Source: Devosia sp. (GTDB lineage Bacteria > Pseudomonadota > Alphaproteobacteria > Rhizobiales > Devosiaceae). Taken from it: a stretch of DNA of 52,336 bases. The translations under genes were made by a program, and so were the position numbers. Location: positions 1-52,336 of the forward strand of contig JBGTUK010000001.1 of assembly GCA_041939225.1 (NCBI GenBank). The letters are read 5' to 3'. Position 1 is the stretch's first letter, and every line of letters begins with the position of its first letter. The notes beneath the pieces were generated by a model. That model ran no database searches. It saw only the letters and a list, made by a program, of their open reading frames with translations, and had not been told where the DNA came from. Positions 10,401 to 20,298 of the stretch are shown one piece after another.

Positions 10401-11739
10401 ACGCCGCCTCGATGCCAGGATCGGCTGAAATTCCGGACAGGGTGCCATCGCCATTGAAAGTCACCATGCGGCTGGCCGGATCGTCGAGATTGCGCGCCAC
10501 CCCGCCTATGCCCAACCCGAAGGTCTGCGCATCAAAGCCGTCCGTCTCCAATCCTTCGACATCGATCCGCGCCTGCCACTGGTCACTGTCCTCGGTCCCG
10601 AAAGACACGCGAACTTGCCCGCCCTGCACCAGGGTCGAGCTGCCGGCCACCGGCAGGGTCACCTTGTCCCCGTCGGGATCGGCAATGGTCGCGGTCAGGT
10701 CGAGCAGGTTAACGAAATTATCTGCCGTGGTCTGGGCGCGGGCCGTCAACCCCAATTGCCCGCCGCTCAGCGTCAGATTGGAGATGTCGACCCCACCAGC
10801 GCTCTTGACGAGCGCGTTGGCGGTCAGCCGGGTTTCGGCTCCGAAGAACTCGCGATAGGGCAAGGCCACCAGGGTCGAAAGCGGCCCGCCCAGATTGGCG
10901 TTTATGGCAAAACCATCGGCCTGCTGCGCTATGGTCGCCGTACCAGCTAACGCGGTCTGGTCATTGGCCAGCAATTGCATCTGCGTGGTGAGATCGGCCA
11001 CTGGCCCCTCGCCATCCAGTGTCAGCGTCATGGCCGGGCGGTCCTGGATGTTCAACAGGTTCACCAGCACCCCATTGGGGGGCTCCACCAGCGACAGGCC
11101 CAGATCGACGGTAGCGCCCTCGCGCCGATACGCGACATCCAGATCAAGCGTGCCGCCCGGCCCATCGAGCCGCTCAATATCGAGCACTGCATCGAGATTG
11201 CCACCTTCGAGCGTCATCGACCCATTAAGCGCAATTTCCGACCCCAGCCCGAACACCCCCTCCCCGAAGGTCACACTCGGCACCGCCAGTTCGCCGATCT
11301 GAATGGCGACGGGGAACTCTGGAATTTCCAAAGACCCAGCCTCGGGCGGCGGCAAATCTACCGCCCCTTCCACCGGAATGGCATTGCGGACATAGTCGAT
11401 GGACTCGGCGCGCAGCGAGTTGACCTCAAGCCGCCCGCCGAACAGCGCCGCCTGGTTCCAGTTGAGGCTGGCATTGTTGACGCGCAACCAGACCCCTTCT
11501 GCGTCGGAAATGGTGATCTCGCGGATCGAGACGTCCGACCCGAGAATGCCGTCGATATTGGACAGTCGGATCTGCCTCTCGGGGGAAGACAGCTGCCCTT
11601 CGACAAAGCTCGTCAACCAGTCTTTCTGCTCTTCATTGTTCATGTCCTGCGCTACCAGCGCGACAGGAACAGCAGCCGGAGCCAGCAGCAGCGCAGCGAT
11701 CATCAGGCGGCGGCGGTTGGTAGCGGAGAACATGGCCAT
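7402..11739 (-). CDS. tamB: Translocation and assembly module TamB
   Basis: 1445-aa Gly/beta-rich protein with an N-terminal anchor; C-terminal DUF490 features (IFIRGRGLDAEVGG, LPQDEVLSRLIF, ends GVFFEKDY); directly downstream of tamA. Confidence 0.92.
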   Translation of the reverse strand: MAMFSATNRRRLMIAALLLAPAAVPVALVAQDMNNEEQKDWLTSFVEGQLSSPERQIRLSNIDGILGSDVSIREITISDAEGVWLRVNNASLNWNQAALFGGRLEVNSLRAESIDYVRNAIPVEGAVDLPPPEAGSLEIPEFPVAIQIGELAVPSVTFGEGVFGLGSEIALNGSMTLEGGNLDAVLDIERLDGPGGTLDLDVAYRREGATVDLGLSLVEPPNGVLVNLLNIQDRPAMTLTLDGEGPVADLTTQMQLLANDQTALAGTATIAQQADGFAINANLGGPLSTLVALPYREFFGAETRLTANALVKSAGGVDISNLTLSGGQLGLTARAQTTADNFVNLLDLTATIADPDGDKVTLPVAGSSTLVQGGQVRVSFGTEDSDQWQARIDVEGLETDGFDAQTFGLGIGGVARNLDDPASRMVTFNGDGTLSGISADPGIEAALGSSVGLGIAGLWNAGEPIELAEFRVVGQALTAAMAGEIDGTDFDGQIRLSTDSIAPFSALAGRSLSGGLELTADGRIFPLTGGFDLVFDGTGTELRVDDAAVDALLAGRVDLSGRLARTEAGISADDFLIANNQVQFSADGVYASDAADFDIALDLTDLGLISEEVSGALAVRGSARLTAPEEPLMLVLDAQVPSGTLGAYTLRDAKLGVAATLLEGMVDGDITGNAMLDGHRATLETQFETNAEMQALSGIVFEIAGTRISGDLRRMVDSGLFDGRLDVAATDVSLAAALMLADASGAVDAAIELTPQNDKQGAGVTAKVADLRINDISVGRADIAAGISDLFGVPVVNGTASADNVVAGGVVVDTLSARATQAGDTTSFDAQARLATGTDLDLAGALSPVDGGYRLALDRANLEQGSLAARLANPAVLMVQGESVALDALRFDVGSGSITATGTAGQALDMVVDIADLPLSIANAVAPDLGLSGTLNGRAVVLGQADDPQVSFEARGDGIGASAVAPFGIVPLTFNASGSFAEEVVTLDRFTANGSGGLAVSGSGRVPLAGNGVAVSLNGSAPLSLANQFVASRGARVFGTAQFDARVGGSLSNPQFSGNVSTSGAEYVDPSLNLRLTGISGRVGLSGTNANIESLTANLATGGSVSASGTIGLTGGLPVNVTAQINSARYADGDLFVATLSGGLNLTGNLTGAPLLAGNVFVEQANITVPEGLGGGAQLIDVEHQRPPADVQRTLDRARINERTGVAAGSGGPQLQLDINVNAPNQIFIRGRGLDAEVGGSVRLTGSINDIQPVGAFDLIRGRLSILGQRVIFETGTVTLVGDLDPQLNFVARAEGDGITVFVTLSGRASAPDISFSSNPTLPQDEVLSRLIFNRSMGELSPIQLAQLAAAAAELVGGGGGGGLVDSLRGAAGLADLDVVTDDEGNVGVKAGTYIQDNVYLGATVGANGQSKVTINLDVTEDLTIQGSAGQDGNSSVGVFFEKDY

Positions 11740-13619
11740 CAGAACGCCTGCCCGATACCGGCATAAATCGCGTAATCCGGATCACCCGCTTTGCGGTTGA
11801 GCGGGACGGCCACATCGAGCCGCAATGGTCCAAGGCCGGTGTAATAGCGCACCCCAAGCCCGGCCCCGATCCGCAGGTCATCAAGACCCGGGAAAGTGTC
11901 AGCCGCCACATAGCCGCCATCGACAAAACCGACCACACCAATATCGTCGGTCACCCTTGCCCGTGCTTCGAGCGAGCCCTCGAGCAAATAGCGGCCGCCG
12001 GTGATATTCCCCATGCCGTCATCGACACCGATGGATTTAAAACCATAACCGCGCACCGAGCCGCCGCCGCCGGCAAAGAACAGCTTGTCGGGCGGAATGT
12101 CCACCAGCGCCGGACCAACCACGGCACCAGCCTTGAGCCGCCCGGCCAGCACGAAGGGATCATTCTCGCCGAAGCCGAAATAGGTGCGCCCTTCCACGAC
12201 GAGTCGTCCGCCCGGTGCACCGCCCAAAAGGTCGAAAAAGGGTTCTATATTGGCCGAGGCGTACCAGCCCTCGGTGGGGTCGACAGTGCTGTCGCGGCCA
12301 TCATAGACCAGGCCCGCGTACACTCCCGCCGTCTGGAAGTCGCGGGTGCCGAAACTGTCGTCAAAACGGGCGATTTCGAAGCTGGCGCCGCCCTCGAAGG
12401 TCAGCTCATCGGAAAAGAACCAGCTCAGCCCAACCCTGCCGCCCGCTGAGGTCTCGGTATACTTGGGATAGATCGTCCGCTCTGCCGAAATGGTGGCCAC
12501 AAGATCGACATCGGGGTGATAGAAGCCCGGCTTGGTGAAGGTGCCGCCAATAAAATAATCGAACTGGGCAGTATCGAGCGGCCAGGCAATGCTGGCCACG
12601 CGGGCGTCGAGACGCAGCCGCTCGGCCTGCCCGAATAGATTGCGCCAGAGGTGGTAGCCCTCGAGCCCCAGCCCGTCGACCGTCGAAAAGGTCGCGCCCA
12701 GGCCAAACCGCCGACCCGGCAATTCCTCCACGATCAGGTCATAGGGGAGCAAGCCGTCGCTGCCGATGCTCTCGGCTGCTTCCAGCCGCGCTGCACGAAA
12801 CACTTCGAGCCGGTCGAGACGCTTTTGCGCGCGCTCAAGATCGTCGGGGTCATATTCCTGCCCCACGGCCAGACCCGTTTGCTGCGCTACAAACTCAGGA
12901 TTCATCCGCGTCGTGCCGGTGACTCGCACCGGCCCGAAGGCGGCAAGCCTGCCCGGATTGACGGTAATCGTTGCAGCCACCGTGTTGGTCGCATGGTCGG
13001 CCACCACATCGCGCGACACGATCTCTGCCTTGGCGTAGCCCTGCTGCCGCCAGGCCTCCAATGCCAATTGCTCCGCCCTCAGGATCACGGCCGAACGGGC
13101 CACCTCGCCCACGCCGAAGCCGCGCAGTACTGGCAGATCGACTTGATCGTATGGATCGGCCGTCGGCGGCGCCTGATTGACGATATCCAAATTACCAAAG
13201 CGGAATAGCGGGCCCGTCGTGACAGCGATCGTCACATCGACCGGATCGGGCAAACTCGTGTCGGGCGCCAGGCCGGAGGCTTCGCGTCCGCCAATGCGGA
13301 TGCTGACCGCGCCACCATAATATCCCTCGCCATAAAGCGCTGCCAGCAAGCGTCGGTAGTCGCCCCGCGCCTTGGCGATCAATCCGGCCGCGCCCGAGGC
13401 CGGCTCTGCTTCATCGGCCAGCAAGGCGGAGGCGTTGCGCAGCGCCGTTTCCACGCCGCCACCTTCGCTTGAGGTGAAGGTCACGAAATAGGGCTGTGGA
13501 TCAACGATCACCGCATCCGCGTCGATCTCGGATTGGTCTTCGAAGAACTTGATGCCAAACAGCTCGAAGCCGACAGCCGGCATCGCCGCCGCAGCCGACA
13601 GGGCCAGCGCGATGCACAA
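11739..13619 (-). CDS. tamA: Autotransporter assembly factor TamA (Omp85 family)
   Basis: FFAGGGGSVRGYGF lid motif, GLGVRYYTGLGPLRLDVAVP, C-terminal GIGQAF. Start uncertain: TTG 13619 or in-frame CTG 13655. Confidence 0.92.
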   Translation of the reverse strand: MCIALALSAAAAMPAVGFELFGIKFFEDQSEIDADAVIVDPQPYFVTFTSSEGGGVETALRNASALLADEAEPASGAAGLIAKARGDYRRLLAALYGEGYYGGAVSIRIGGREASGLAPDTSLPDPVDVTIAVTTGPLFRFGNLDIVNQAPPTADPYDQVDLPVLRGFGVGEVARSAVILRAEQLALEAWRQQGYAKAEIVSRDVVADHATNTVAATITVNPGRLAAFGPVRVTGTTRMNPEFVAQQTGLAVGQEYDPDDLERAQKRLDRLEVFRAARLEAAESIGSDGLLPYDLIVEELPGRRFGLGATFSTVDGLGLEGYHLWRNLFGQAERLRLDARVASIAWPLDTAQFDYFIGGTFTKPGFYHPDVDLVATISAERTIYPKYTETSAGGRVGLSWFFSDELTFEGGASFEIARFDDSFGTRDFQTAGVYAGLVYDGRDSTVDPTEGWYASANIEPFFDLLGGAPGGRLVVEGRTYFGFGENDPFVLAGRLKAGAVVGPALVDIPPDKLFFAGGGGSVRGYGFKSIGVDDGMGNITGGRYLLEGSLEARARVTDDIGVVGFVDGGYVAADTFPGLDDLRIGAGLGVRYYTGLGPLRLDVAVPLNRKAGDPDYAIYAGIGQAF

Positions 13620-13888
13620 AGCGCCAAAACTCGTTACCAGACGCGCGTTTTGCAGTGGTCTATCCCGCCCTTTTACGCTTCAACCAAACCGGGCTGAAAC
13701 CAAGATTGCCGCAAGGACGGAAAGATTGCGTTAATCCTTCCCCGCCCCCTTTTGCTCTCGCCCAGAAGGCGAAGATTTCTTGGCGAGTTTAGGGCTACCA
13801 AGGCGCAGCGAACAGCCTCTGCATTGAATTTGTTGGATTTTGGGTGGCCGGGCGTGGCTCATCTGCAACGTTTCGAGCGATACCCAAC

Positions 13889-15886
13889 CTACTCCCGTGC
13901 CAGCGCCTCGACCGGATCAAGCCGCGCCGCTGATCGGGCAGGCATGAAGCCGAAGACCACCCCGATGACGCTGGCAGAGATGATAGCCAGCACAATGGAT
14001 TCGGTGGAATAGGCCAGCCGGGCACCTGACACGATAGCCGTCAGTCCCTGCCCAAGCGCAAAACTCAGCGCCACGCCGGCAGCGCCACCGGCAAAGCACA
14101 CCAGGATCGCCTCGATCAGGAATTGCCGCATGATGTCGCTGCGCCGCGCGCCCACGGCCATGCGGATGCCGATCTCCTTGGTGCGCTCACTGACGGACAC
14201 CAACATGATGTTCATCACCCCGATACCACCCACCACAAGCGAAATCACCGCGATGGTCGAAATCAGGATGGACAGCGTCGCCGATGTCGACTGGATGGTC
14301 TCGCGGATGGTGTCGGTATTTTGCAGGAAGAAGTCTTCGGTGCCGCCATGCAGCCGCGTCAGCAATTCAGTGATTTCGACTTCCGCCCGTGCCGTATCGT
14401 AGTCGTCGGCAATCCGCACGGCGATGGAGTTGAGGTAACTCTGGCCCAGGATGCGGCTCATTGCTGAAGTATAGGGCACATAGACATTGGCATTGTTGCC
14501 GCCCGGTCCGAAGCCCGAGCTGGTCTCAACCACGCCGATAACCCGCACCGGCACCTTGCCCAGCATGATGACTTCGCCGATCGGGTTCTCGCCGTTGACG
14601 AAAATGGAGTCGACGGCGTTCTGGTCAATCACCGCCTCCTGTGCCATCGCGGTGACACTGTCTGCATCAAAGCCAGAACCGGCGGTAAAGCTGCGACCAT
14701 TGACCTGGAAATAGTCCGCACCAACGCCCGTTACCGAGGCATTCGTCGCCGTATTCCGATAGAGCGCCGTGGCATTGGCGCTGACCTGAGGCGTCACGCT
14801 GTCGGCATATTCCTGTTCGGCGAGCGCTTCGGCATCGGTCGGTCGCAAGGTTCGCACCCGCCCCGAGCGCATGTCCCCAAAGCCGGACCCGGGATACACA
14901 TTGATGGTGTTGGTGCCGATCGAGGAAATATTCTCCAGCACGGTCTGCTGGCTGCCCTGCCCCAGGGCCACCACGGCCACCACCGAAGCTATGCCGATGA
15001 TGATACCAAGCGTGGTCAGGAACGTCCGCAATTTGTGCGCGCCCATGGCGCGCAAGGCCATGCGCAGGGCTTCCCCGGTACTGTCCAGACCGCGCCGCCA
15101 GCTTGCCGCGGCCTTCATCTCGGCGTCGGCCTTTTCGACCCGGCGCGGCTCGACATTTTGCCGATCTGCAATGATCTCGCCATCGGCGATTTCGATCACC
15201 CGCTCGGCCTGTGCAGCGATCTGCGGGTCGTGAGTAACGAGGGTTATGGTGTGCCCGTCGGCATGCAGCTCCTTGAGCAAAGCCATCAATTCCTTGCCCG
15301 AGCGGGAATCGAGTGCGCCGGTCGGCTCGTCGGCCAGAATGACCTCGCCGCCATTCATCAGAGCCCGCGCCACGCTGACACGCTGCTGCTGGCCGCCCGA
15401 AAGCGCGTTGGGCCGGTGGTCTAGGCGCTCGCCCAGCCCCAGCCGGGTCAATAGGGCAATTGCCCGTTCGCGCCGCGCGGCCGCGTCGACACCGGCGTAA
15501 ACCGCGGGAACCTCGACATTCTCCACCGCATCGAGATCGGGCAGAAGCTGATAGCGCTGGAAAATAAAGCCGAAATGCTCACGCCTGAGCGCGGCCAGCG
15601 CGTCGGCATCGAGCTTGCTGACATCCTCGCCGGCAAAACGGTAGCTGCCTTCGCTGGCCCGATCCAGACAACCCAGAATGTTCATCAGTGTCGACTTGCC
15701 CGATCCGGACTGACCGATGATCGCGACCATTTCGCCGCGATGGATATCGAGATTGACGCCCTTGAGCACAGCTACTGTTTCCGGGCCGGCCTGAAAGCGT
15801 CGCACCAGGCCTGCGATCGAGATGAGGGGTTCTGTCGAGGCAGGAGGCGTGCCGACGCTGCCCGTCGGGGTGAAGGCGCGATTCAT
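13889..15886 (-). CDS. macB: MacB-type ABC efflux ATP-binding/permease protein
   Basis: N-terminal ABC domain ([18 protein letters not shown]); C-terminal FtsX-like [28 protein letters not shown]; ends [14 protein letters not shown]. Confidence 0.95.
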   Translation of the reverse strand: MNRAFTPTGSVGTPPASTEPLISIAGLVRRFQAGPETVAVLKGVNLDIHRGEMVAIIGQSGSGKSTLMNILGCLDRASEGSYRFAGEDVSKLDADALAALRREHFGFIFQRYQLLPDLDAVENVEVPAVYAGVDAAARRERAIALLTRLGLGERLDHRPNALSGGQQQRVSVARALMNGGEVILADEPTGALDSRSGKELMALLKELHADGHTITLVTHDPQIAAQAERVIEIADGEIIADRQNVEPRRVEKADAEMKAAASWRRGLDSTGEALRMALRAMGAHKLRTFLTTLGIIIGIASVVAVVALGQGSQQTVLENISSIGTNTINVYPGSGFGDMRSGRVRTLRPTDAEALAEQEYADSVTPQVSANATALYRNTATNASVTGVGADYFQVNGRSFTAGSGFDADSVTAMAQEAVIDQNAVDSIFVNGENPIGEVIMLGKVPVRVIGVVETSSGFGPGGNNANVYVPYTSAMSRILGQSYLNSIAVRIADDYDTARAEVEITELLTRLHGGTEDFFLQNTDTIRETIQSTSATLSILISTIAVISLVVGGIGVMNIMLVSVSERTKEIGIRMAVGARRSDIMRQFLIEAILVCFAGGAAGVALSFALGQGLTAIVSGARLAYSTESIVLAIISASVIGVVFGFMPARSAARLDPVEALARE

Positions 15887-15895
15887 CTGCTTGTC

Positions 15896-17110
15896 CTAAC
15901 GTCTGGGTCCGCCGCCGCCGAACCCGCCGGGGCCGCCACCAAGTCCGCCCGGTCTCCCCTGGCCATCCTGTCCGCTGCTGGCGAGGCGGGTGCCCGTGCC
16001 ATTGACAACCTGATCACCTTCCTCGAGCCCAGAAACGATCTCGGCATTGATATTGTTGTTGAGCCCCACCTCGATGCGAGCCGGGCGGACTTCTTCACTG
16101 GTCGGGTCGTACACCATCACCACGGTCCCGCCCTGCGGGCCTTGCCGGGCAACCAGGCTCGACGGCAACGTAAGCACGTTGCGGGCCTCTGCCAGAACGA
16201 TGGTCACCGATGCCGTCATTGCAATTCGCAGGCGATGATCGGGATTGGGAACCTCGAACAACCCATTGTAATAGACCGCGCTGCCGGAGGTTGACGTGTC
16301 ATCAGCGATGGAGGTCGGCGCCGGCTCGATTTCGCGTAGCGTCGCCTCGATGCGCTGGTCCGGCTCGCCTAGAATGGTGAAATAGACCTTCTGGCCAGCG
16401 CTCACCTTGACGACATCGGCTTCCGAAATTTCGGCCTTTATCACCATGGTGTCCAGGTTGGCGATCTTGGCGATAGTCGGGGTAGCCGAATTGGCATTGA
16501 GCGTCTGCCCTTCCTCGACCAGCAGCGCCACCACCGTTCCGTCTGCCGGAGCCACGATCTGTGTACGCGCAAGATTGAGTTCTGCGGACTCTACGGTCAG
16601 TTCCGCCTGGGAAATCTGCGCATCGAGCTGGTCAATCTGCGCCCTGGCCTGCTCAACGGCAGCCTGGGCCGTTTCCAGATCGGATTGGGAGACGATACTA
16701 TTGGCGCTTAGCTGCTGCTGCCGAGCCAGCGCGGCTTCTGCCTTGGCGAGCGCTGCCTCTTGATTGCGCCGCTGCGCTTGAATGCCAGCGAGTGCCGCTT
16801 CCGCCGATTTGACGGCGTTTTCCTGATTGAGACTATCGATTTCGGCGATGAGATCGCCTTTGGCAACATCGTCGCCCAGGCGCACATGCACCGCCTTGAT
16901 ACTGCCCGACACCTCGGCCCCGACGCTGACGAGTGCACTGGCCTCGAGAACGCCGGAGGCCAGAACCGTGGTTTCAATATCGTCGCGCCCAACCGTCACC
17001 GTATCGGGCGTGGTGCTGGCCTGGGTCGGGGCCCAGAAGTACCACCAACCTGCCCCGGCGCCACCGGCCAGCACGATCAGAACAAGCAGAATTTTGGCAA
17101 AGCGCTTCAT
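15896..17110 (-). CDS. macA: MacA-type periplasmic adaptor (membrane fusion protein)
   Basis: N-terminal TM segment; lipoyl-like halves VSVGAEVSGSI...KGDLIAEID and IVAPADGTV; coiled coil; upstream of macB. Confidence 0.9.
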   Translation of the reverse strand: MKRFAKILLVLIVLAGGAGAGWWYFWAPTQASTTPDTVTVGRDDIETTVLASGVLEASALVSVGAEVSGSIKAVHVRLGDDVAKGDLIAEIDSLNQENAVKSAEAALAGIQAQRRNQEAALAKAEAALARQQQLSANSIVSQSDLETAQAAVEQARAQIDQLDAQISQAELTVESAELNLARTQIVAPADGTVVALLVEEGQTLNANSATPTIAKIANLDTMVIKAEISEADVVKVSAGQKVYFTILGEPDQRIEATLREIEPAPTSIADDTSTSGSAVYYNGLFEVPNPDHRLRIAMTASVTIVLAEARNVLTLPSSLVARQGPQGGTVVMVYDPTSEEVRPARIEVGLNNNINAEIVSGLEEGDQVVNGTGTRLASSGQDGQGRPGGLGGGPGGFGGGGPRR

Positions 17111-17280
17111 GGCCAGGAACAGCCTCAATAAATTCGGTATCCTTTGGCCATACGCCCAATAGGCGGAAAATTCACGTTAGCTATGGGTAAGTCGCATTAA
17201 ACTTTGGAAATGTTGACGAGGCCATGAGCCGCGGTCCACCCTGCGCCGGCTTCGTGAACCAATGCCTGCCAGGACCATCC

Positions 17281-18057
17281 ATGTATCCGCTGCTCGATCC
17301 CACCCGCTTTGTTGTCTTCATCACCGGTGCCACCTCTGGTTTCGGCGCCGCCGCCGCCCGGCGCTACGTCGCCGCGGGCGGCAAGGTGATCGCAACCGGT
17401 CGCCGCGAGGACCGTCTGCTGGCCCTGCGCGACGAGCTTGGCCATGATAGCTGCCACATCATTCCGCTCGATGTGCGCGACCGCGCCGCCATGGAGGCAG
17501 CCATCGCCGCCATTCCCGCCCCGTTCGACCAGATCAATATCGTGCTGGCCAATGCCGGGCTGGCGCTCGGCCTGCAACCGGCCGCCGAGACGGATCTGAA
17601 TGATTGGGAGACCATGATCGACACCAACATCAAGGGTCTGGTCTATACTGTGCGCCTGCTACTGCCCGGCCTAATCGCCCGCGGCGGAGGCCATGTGGTG
17701 ACCCTGGGCTCTGTGGCAGGCGAATTCGCCTATCCCGGTGGCTCGGTCTATGCCGCTTCCAAGGCGTTCGTGAAGCATTTCGCCCTCGCCATTCGTTCAG
17801 ATCTGCAGGGCAAGAATGTCCGCGTCACCGATATCGAGCCGGGACTGACCGAAACCGAATTTTCCGTGGTCCGGTTCAAGGGGGACGAGGATAAGGCGGG
17901 CAACGTCTACGCCCACACCAAAGCTATGACCGCCGAGGACATCGCCGAGTCCATCTTCTGGGCCACCTCGCTGCCCGAACATGTCAACGTCAACAAGATC
18001 CAGCTCATGGCCACGACTCAGGCCATTGGCGCCTTCGACATCTATCGCGAGCAATAG
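17281..18057 (+). CDS. Short-chain dehydrogenase, YdfG-like NADP-dependent 3-hydroxy acid dehydrogenase
   Basis: TGATSGFG; ANAGLALG; catalytic YAASK; RVTDIEPGLTETEFS. Confidence 0.85.
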   Translation: MYPLLDPTRFVVFITGATSGFGAAAARRYVAAGGKVIATGRREDRLLALRDELGHDSCHIIPLDVRDRAAMEAAIAAIPAPFDQINIVLANAGLALGLQPAAETDLNDWETMIDTNIKGLVYTVRLLLPGLIARGGGHVVTLGSVAGEFAYPGGSVYAASKAFVKHFALAIRSDLQGKNVRVTDIEPGLTETEFSVVRFKGDEDKAGNVYAHTKAMTAEDIAESIFWATSLPEHVNVNKIQLMATTQAIGAFDIYREQ

Positions 18058-18058
18058 G

Positions 18059-19090
18059 CTAGAGCCCCAGGTACCGCACTGTATCGGGATCGACGGGGAT
18101 GCCATGGGCACGCCGCCGGTCCAGCTCTTCCCATTCCCGATCTCCAGGTGCCATCACGTGCCCGCCCGCGCGAACCGCGGACCCACGCAACGCCGCCAGA
18201 TAGGTGGTGATCGCGGCCCCGAACGCGGCCCGGCCGGCGAACTTGTCCGGGTCGATCACCAGCACGAAATGCCCCATATTCCGCGGCGTCGAAATATCAT
18301 CGCCGCCATACATGGGAATGAAATCGGGGTCGAGCGTGGTGCCGGTTAGCAACGCCGAAAACAGCGTCGCGACCCCTGCCAGCGCGGCACCCTTATAGCC
18401 GTAGTCCGTGCCTCCCAGCGGTAGCAGCATATCGGCTTCATGAGGATCGGTGGTCATCTCCCCATCCGGCGTCGCGGCAACGCCAACGGGCAGTTCCTTA
18501 TCGAGCGAGCGATGCAGCAACACCCGGTTGAGAGGAATGGAGCTTGTCGCCATGTCGAGGAGCCATGGCCTGCTCCCTGGCACCGGCGCCGCAAAGGCCA
18601 GCGGATTGGTGCCGTGGAACTTCTGCGCACCATCGAACAGCGCCACCATGGAATCGGTATTGGTAGTTGCAAAGGCAATGAAGCCTTGCTCAGCGCCTGC
18701 CAGCGCGTAAGCCCCCGCCGCGCCCAGATGCGAGGAGTTCTTAATCCCAACCGCCCCGACGCCAGCCTCCCGCGCCAATTCCATGCCAACCTCGACGGCC
18801 TTATAGGCCGCGTAATGTCCCAGCCCGTCATCGCCATTAACCATGGCGCTGCCTGCACCGCGCTTGTCTACGCCAAGCTGCGGATTTTTGCTGAGCCGCC
18901 CACCGCCCAGCATCCGGCAATAATGCTCGGTCAGCCGCACGCCATGGCTGTCGACGCCCACCAGCGAAGCATGCAGCATCGCCTTTGTTGCCGCCGTTCG
19001 CGACGCAGCGCTCGCGCCCGCCTCGGCCAGCCGCGTCTCGACGCGCTCGACCAGCAGGGATTCGGCAAAACGGGGCGCTTCACTTTCCAC
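18059..19090 (-). CDS. Ldh_2 family oxidoreductase (ureidoglycolate/malate/L-lactate dehydrogenase, AllD-like)
   Basis: GVDSHG, SSHLGA, HGTNPLAFAAP, LLDMATS and GYKG motifs; GTG start with GAGG RBS. Confidence 0.85.
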   Translation of the reverse strand: MESEAPRFAESLLVERVETRLAEAGASAASRTAATKAMLHASLVGVDSHGVRLTEHYCRMLGGGRLSKNPQLGVDKRGAGSAMVNGDDGLGHYAAYKAVEVGMELAREAGVGAVGIKNSSHLGAAGAYALAGAEQGFIAFATTNTDSMVALFDGAQKFHGTNPLAFAAPVPGSRPWLLDMATSSIPLNRVLLHRSLDKELPVGVAATPDGEMTTDPHEADMLLPLGGTDYGYKGAALAGVATLFSALLTGTTLDPDFIPMYGGDDISTPRNMGHFVLVIDPDKFAGRAAFGAAITTYLAALRGSAVRAGGHVMAPGDREWEELDRRRAHGIPVDPDTVRYLGL

Positions 19091-19303
19091 GACGTATCAT
19101 CCTCATTTATTCCTCAGCCTGTCGAAGGGCGAGGTCACAGCCGTCTGGGCTTTCGACCGCGCACGCACAGCGACGGGCGCACCATGCGGTCTTGGCGTGT
19201 TCAGTGTCCACCATCATGCCTCAGGCATATCGCCCATGCCCAACTTTGTGCTGGCACTCACCGCACACCGGGTTATGCTTGGCCAACACAGTAGAGACTG
19301 CCC

Positions 19304-20200
19304 ATGCCTAACGCCCCCGATCCGATCACCCGCAATCTCTGGCACGTCGTCGCCGCCACCAGCGAATTGCCCATTGGTCTTGTCGAGACCACGCTGCTGC
19401 TCGACACGCGTCTGGCACTGACCCGCAGCCTTGACGGCGAACCGGTCGTCTGGCTGCGTGGCGATGAGGAGCAGGGCGACGAGATCGACGCTGATACCAT
19501 CCTCGAACGCCTGCCCGTCCGCACTGCCTATGGCTATACCTGGACCTGCCTCGGCACCCCAAACGACGACCTCTTCCCCATTCCCGAATTCGCCGAACCC
19601 GACCGGGTCAACATGAGCTGCGGCTCCATCGGCATTCATGTCTCCGCGCCGCGCGCGGTCGAGAATTTTCTCGATATGGGCCACTTCCCCTACGTCCACA
19701 CCGATATTCTGGGCTCCGAACCGCACACTGAGGTCAAGGAATACGACGTCGAGGTCTCCGAGGAGCGCGACGAAGTGCTGGCCACCAGATGTCGCTTCAT
19801 GCAGCCCCGCGCGGCCAAATCGGCCACCGAACCCATGGAAGTGGAATATGTCTATCGCGTGCCGCACCCCTTCTGTTCGGTGCTCTACAAATCCTGTCCC
19901 GAGGATGAGAGCCGCCGCGACGTGATCGGCATCTTTCTCCAGCCCATGACCGAGGAACGCTGCCGCGCCCATCTGTTGCAATCGATGATTGATTCGACTT
20001 CGACCATCACCGACCTGCGGCGTTTCCAGCAGACCATTTTTGGCCAGGACAAACCGATACTGGAAAACCAGTACCCCAAGAAACTGCCGCTCGACCCGCG
20101 CGCCGAAACCCCGATCCGCGCCGATAAGAGCGCCATCGCCTATCGCCGCTGGTTGAGCCAGAAGGGCATCACCTACGGCGTGATCCCTCAAGCGAACTGA
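19304..20200 (+). CDS. ndmC: Rieske-less non-heme iron oxygenase subunit, NdmC-like (methylxanthine N7-demethylase family)
   Basis: VanA-type catalytic domain with ENFLDMGHFPYVH and distal QD ligand; no CxH/CxxH Rieske ligands in the N-terminus; followed by ndmD- and ndmE-like genes. Confidence 0.7.
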   Translation: MPNAPDPITRNLWHVVAATSELPIGLVETTLLLDTRLALTRSLDGEPVVWLRGDEEQGDEIDADTILERLPVRTAYGYTWTCLGTPNDDLFPIPEFAEPDRVNMSCGSIGIHVSAPRAVENFLDMGHFPYVHTDILGSEPHTEVKEYDVEVSEERDEVLATRCRFMQPRAAKSATEPMEVEYVYRVPHPFCSVLYKSCPEDESRRDVIGIFLQPMTEERCRAHLLQSMIDSTSTITDLRRFQQTIFGQDKPILENQYPKKLPLDPRAETPIRADKSAIAYRRWLSQKGITYGVIPQAN

Positions 20201-20298
20201 TCGCTTCAGGTTGCCGCCTCGTACGCCAAGGGTCCCCGGCAACCGGTCCACAAAATCTGCAGTCGTGGCGCGACTGCCGGCCTTGACGGACAACAGCT

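Noticed and set aside
19214-20293. 359-aa ORF antisense to the ndmC-like gene
   Set aside because: No motifs or RBS; it fully overlaps a credible gene.
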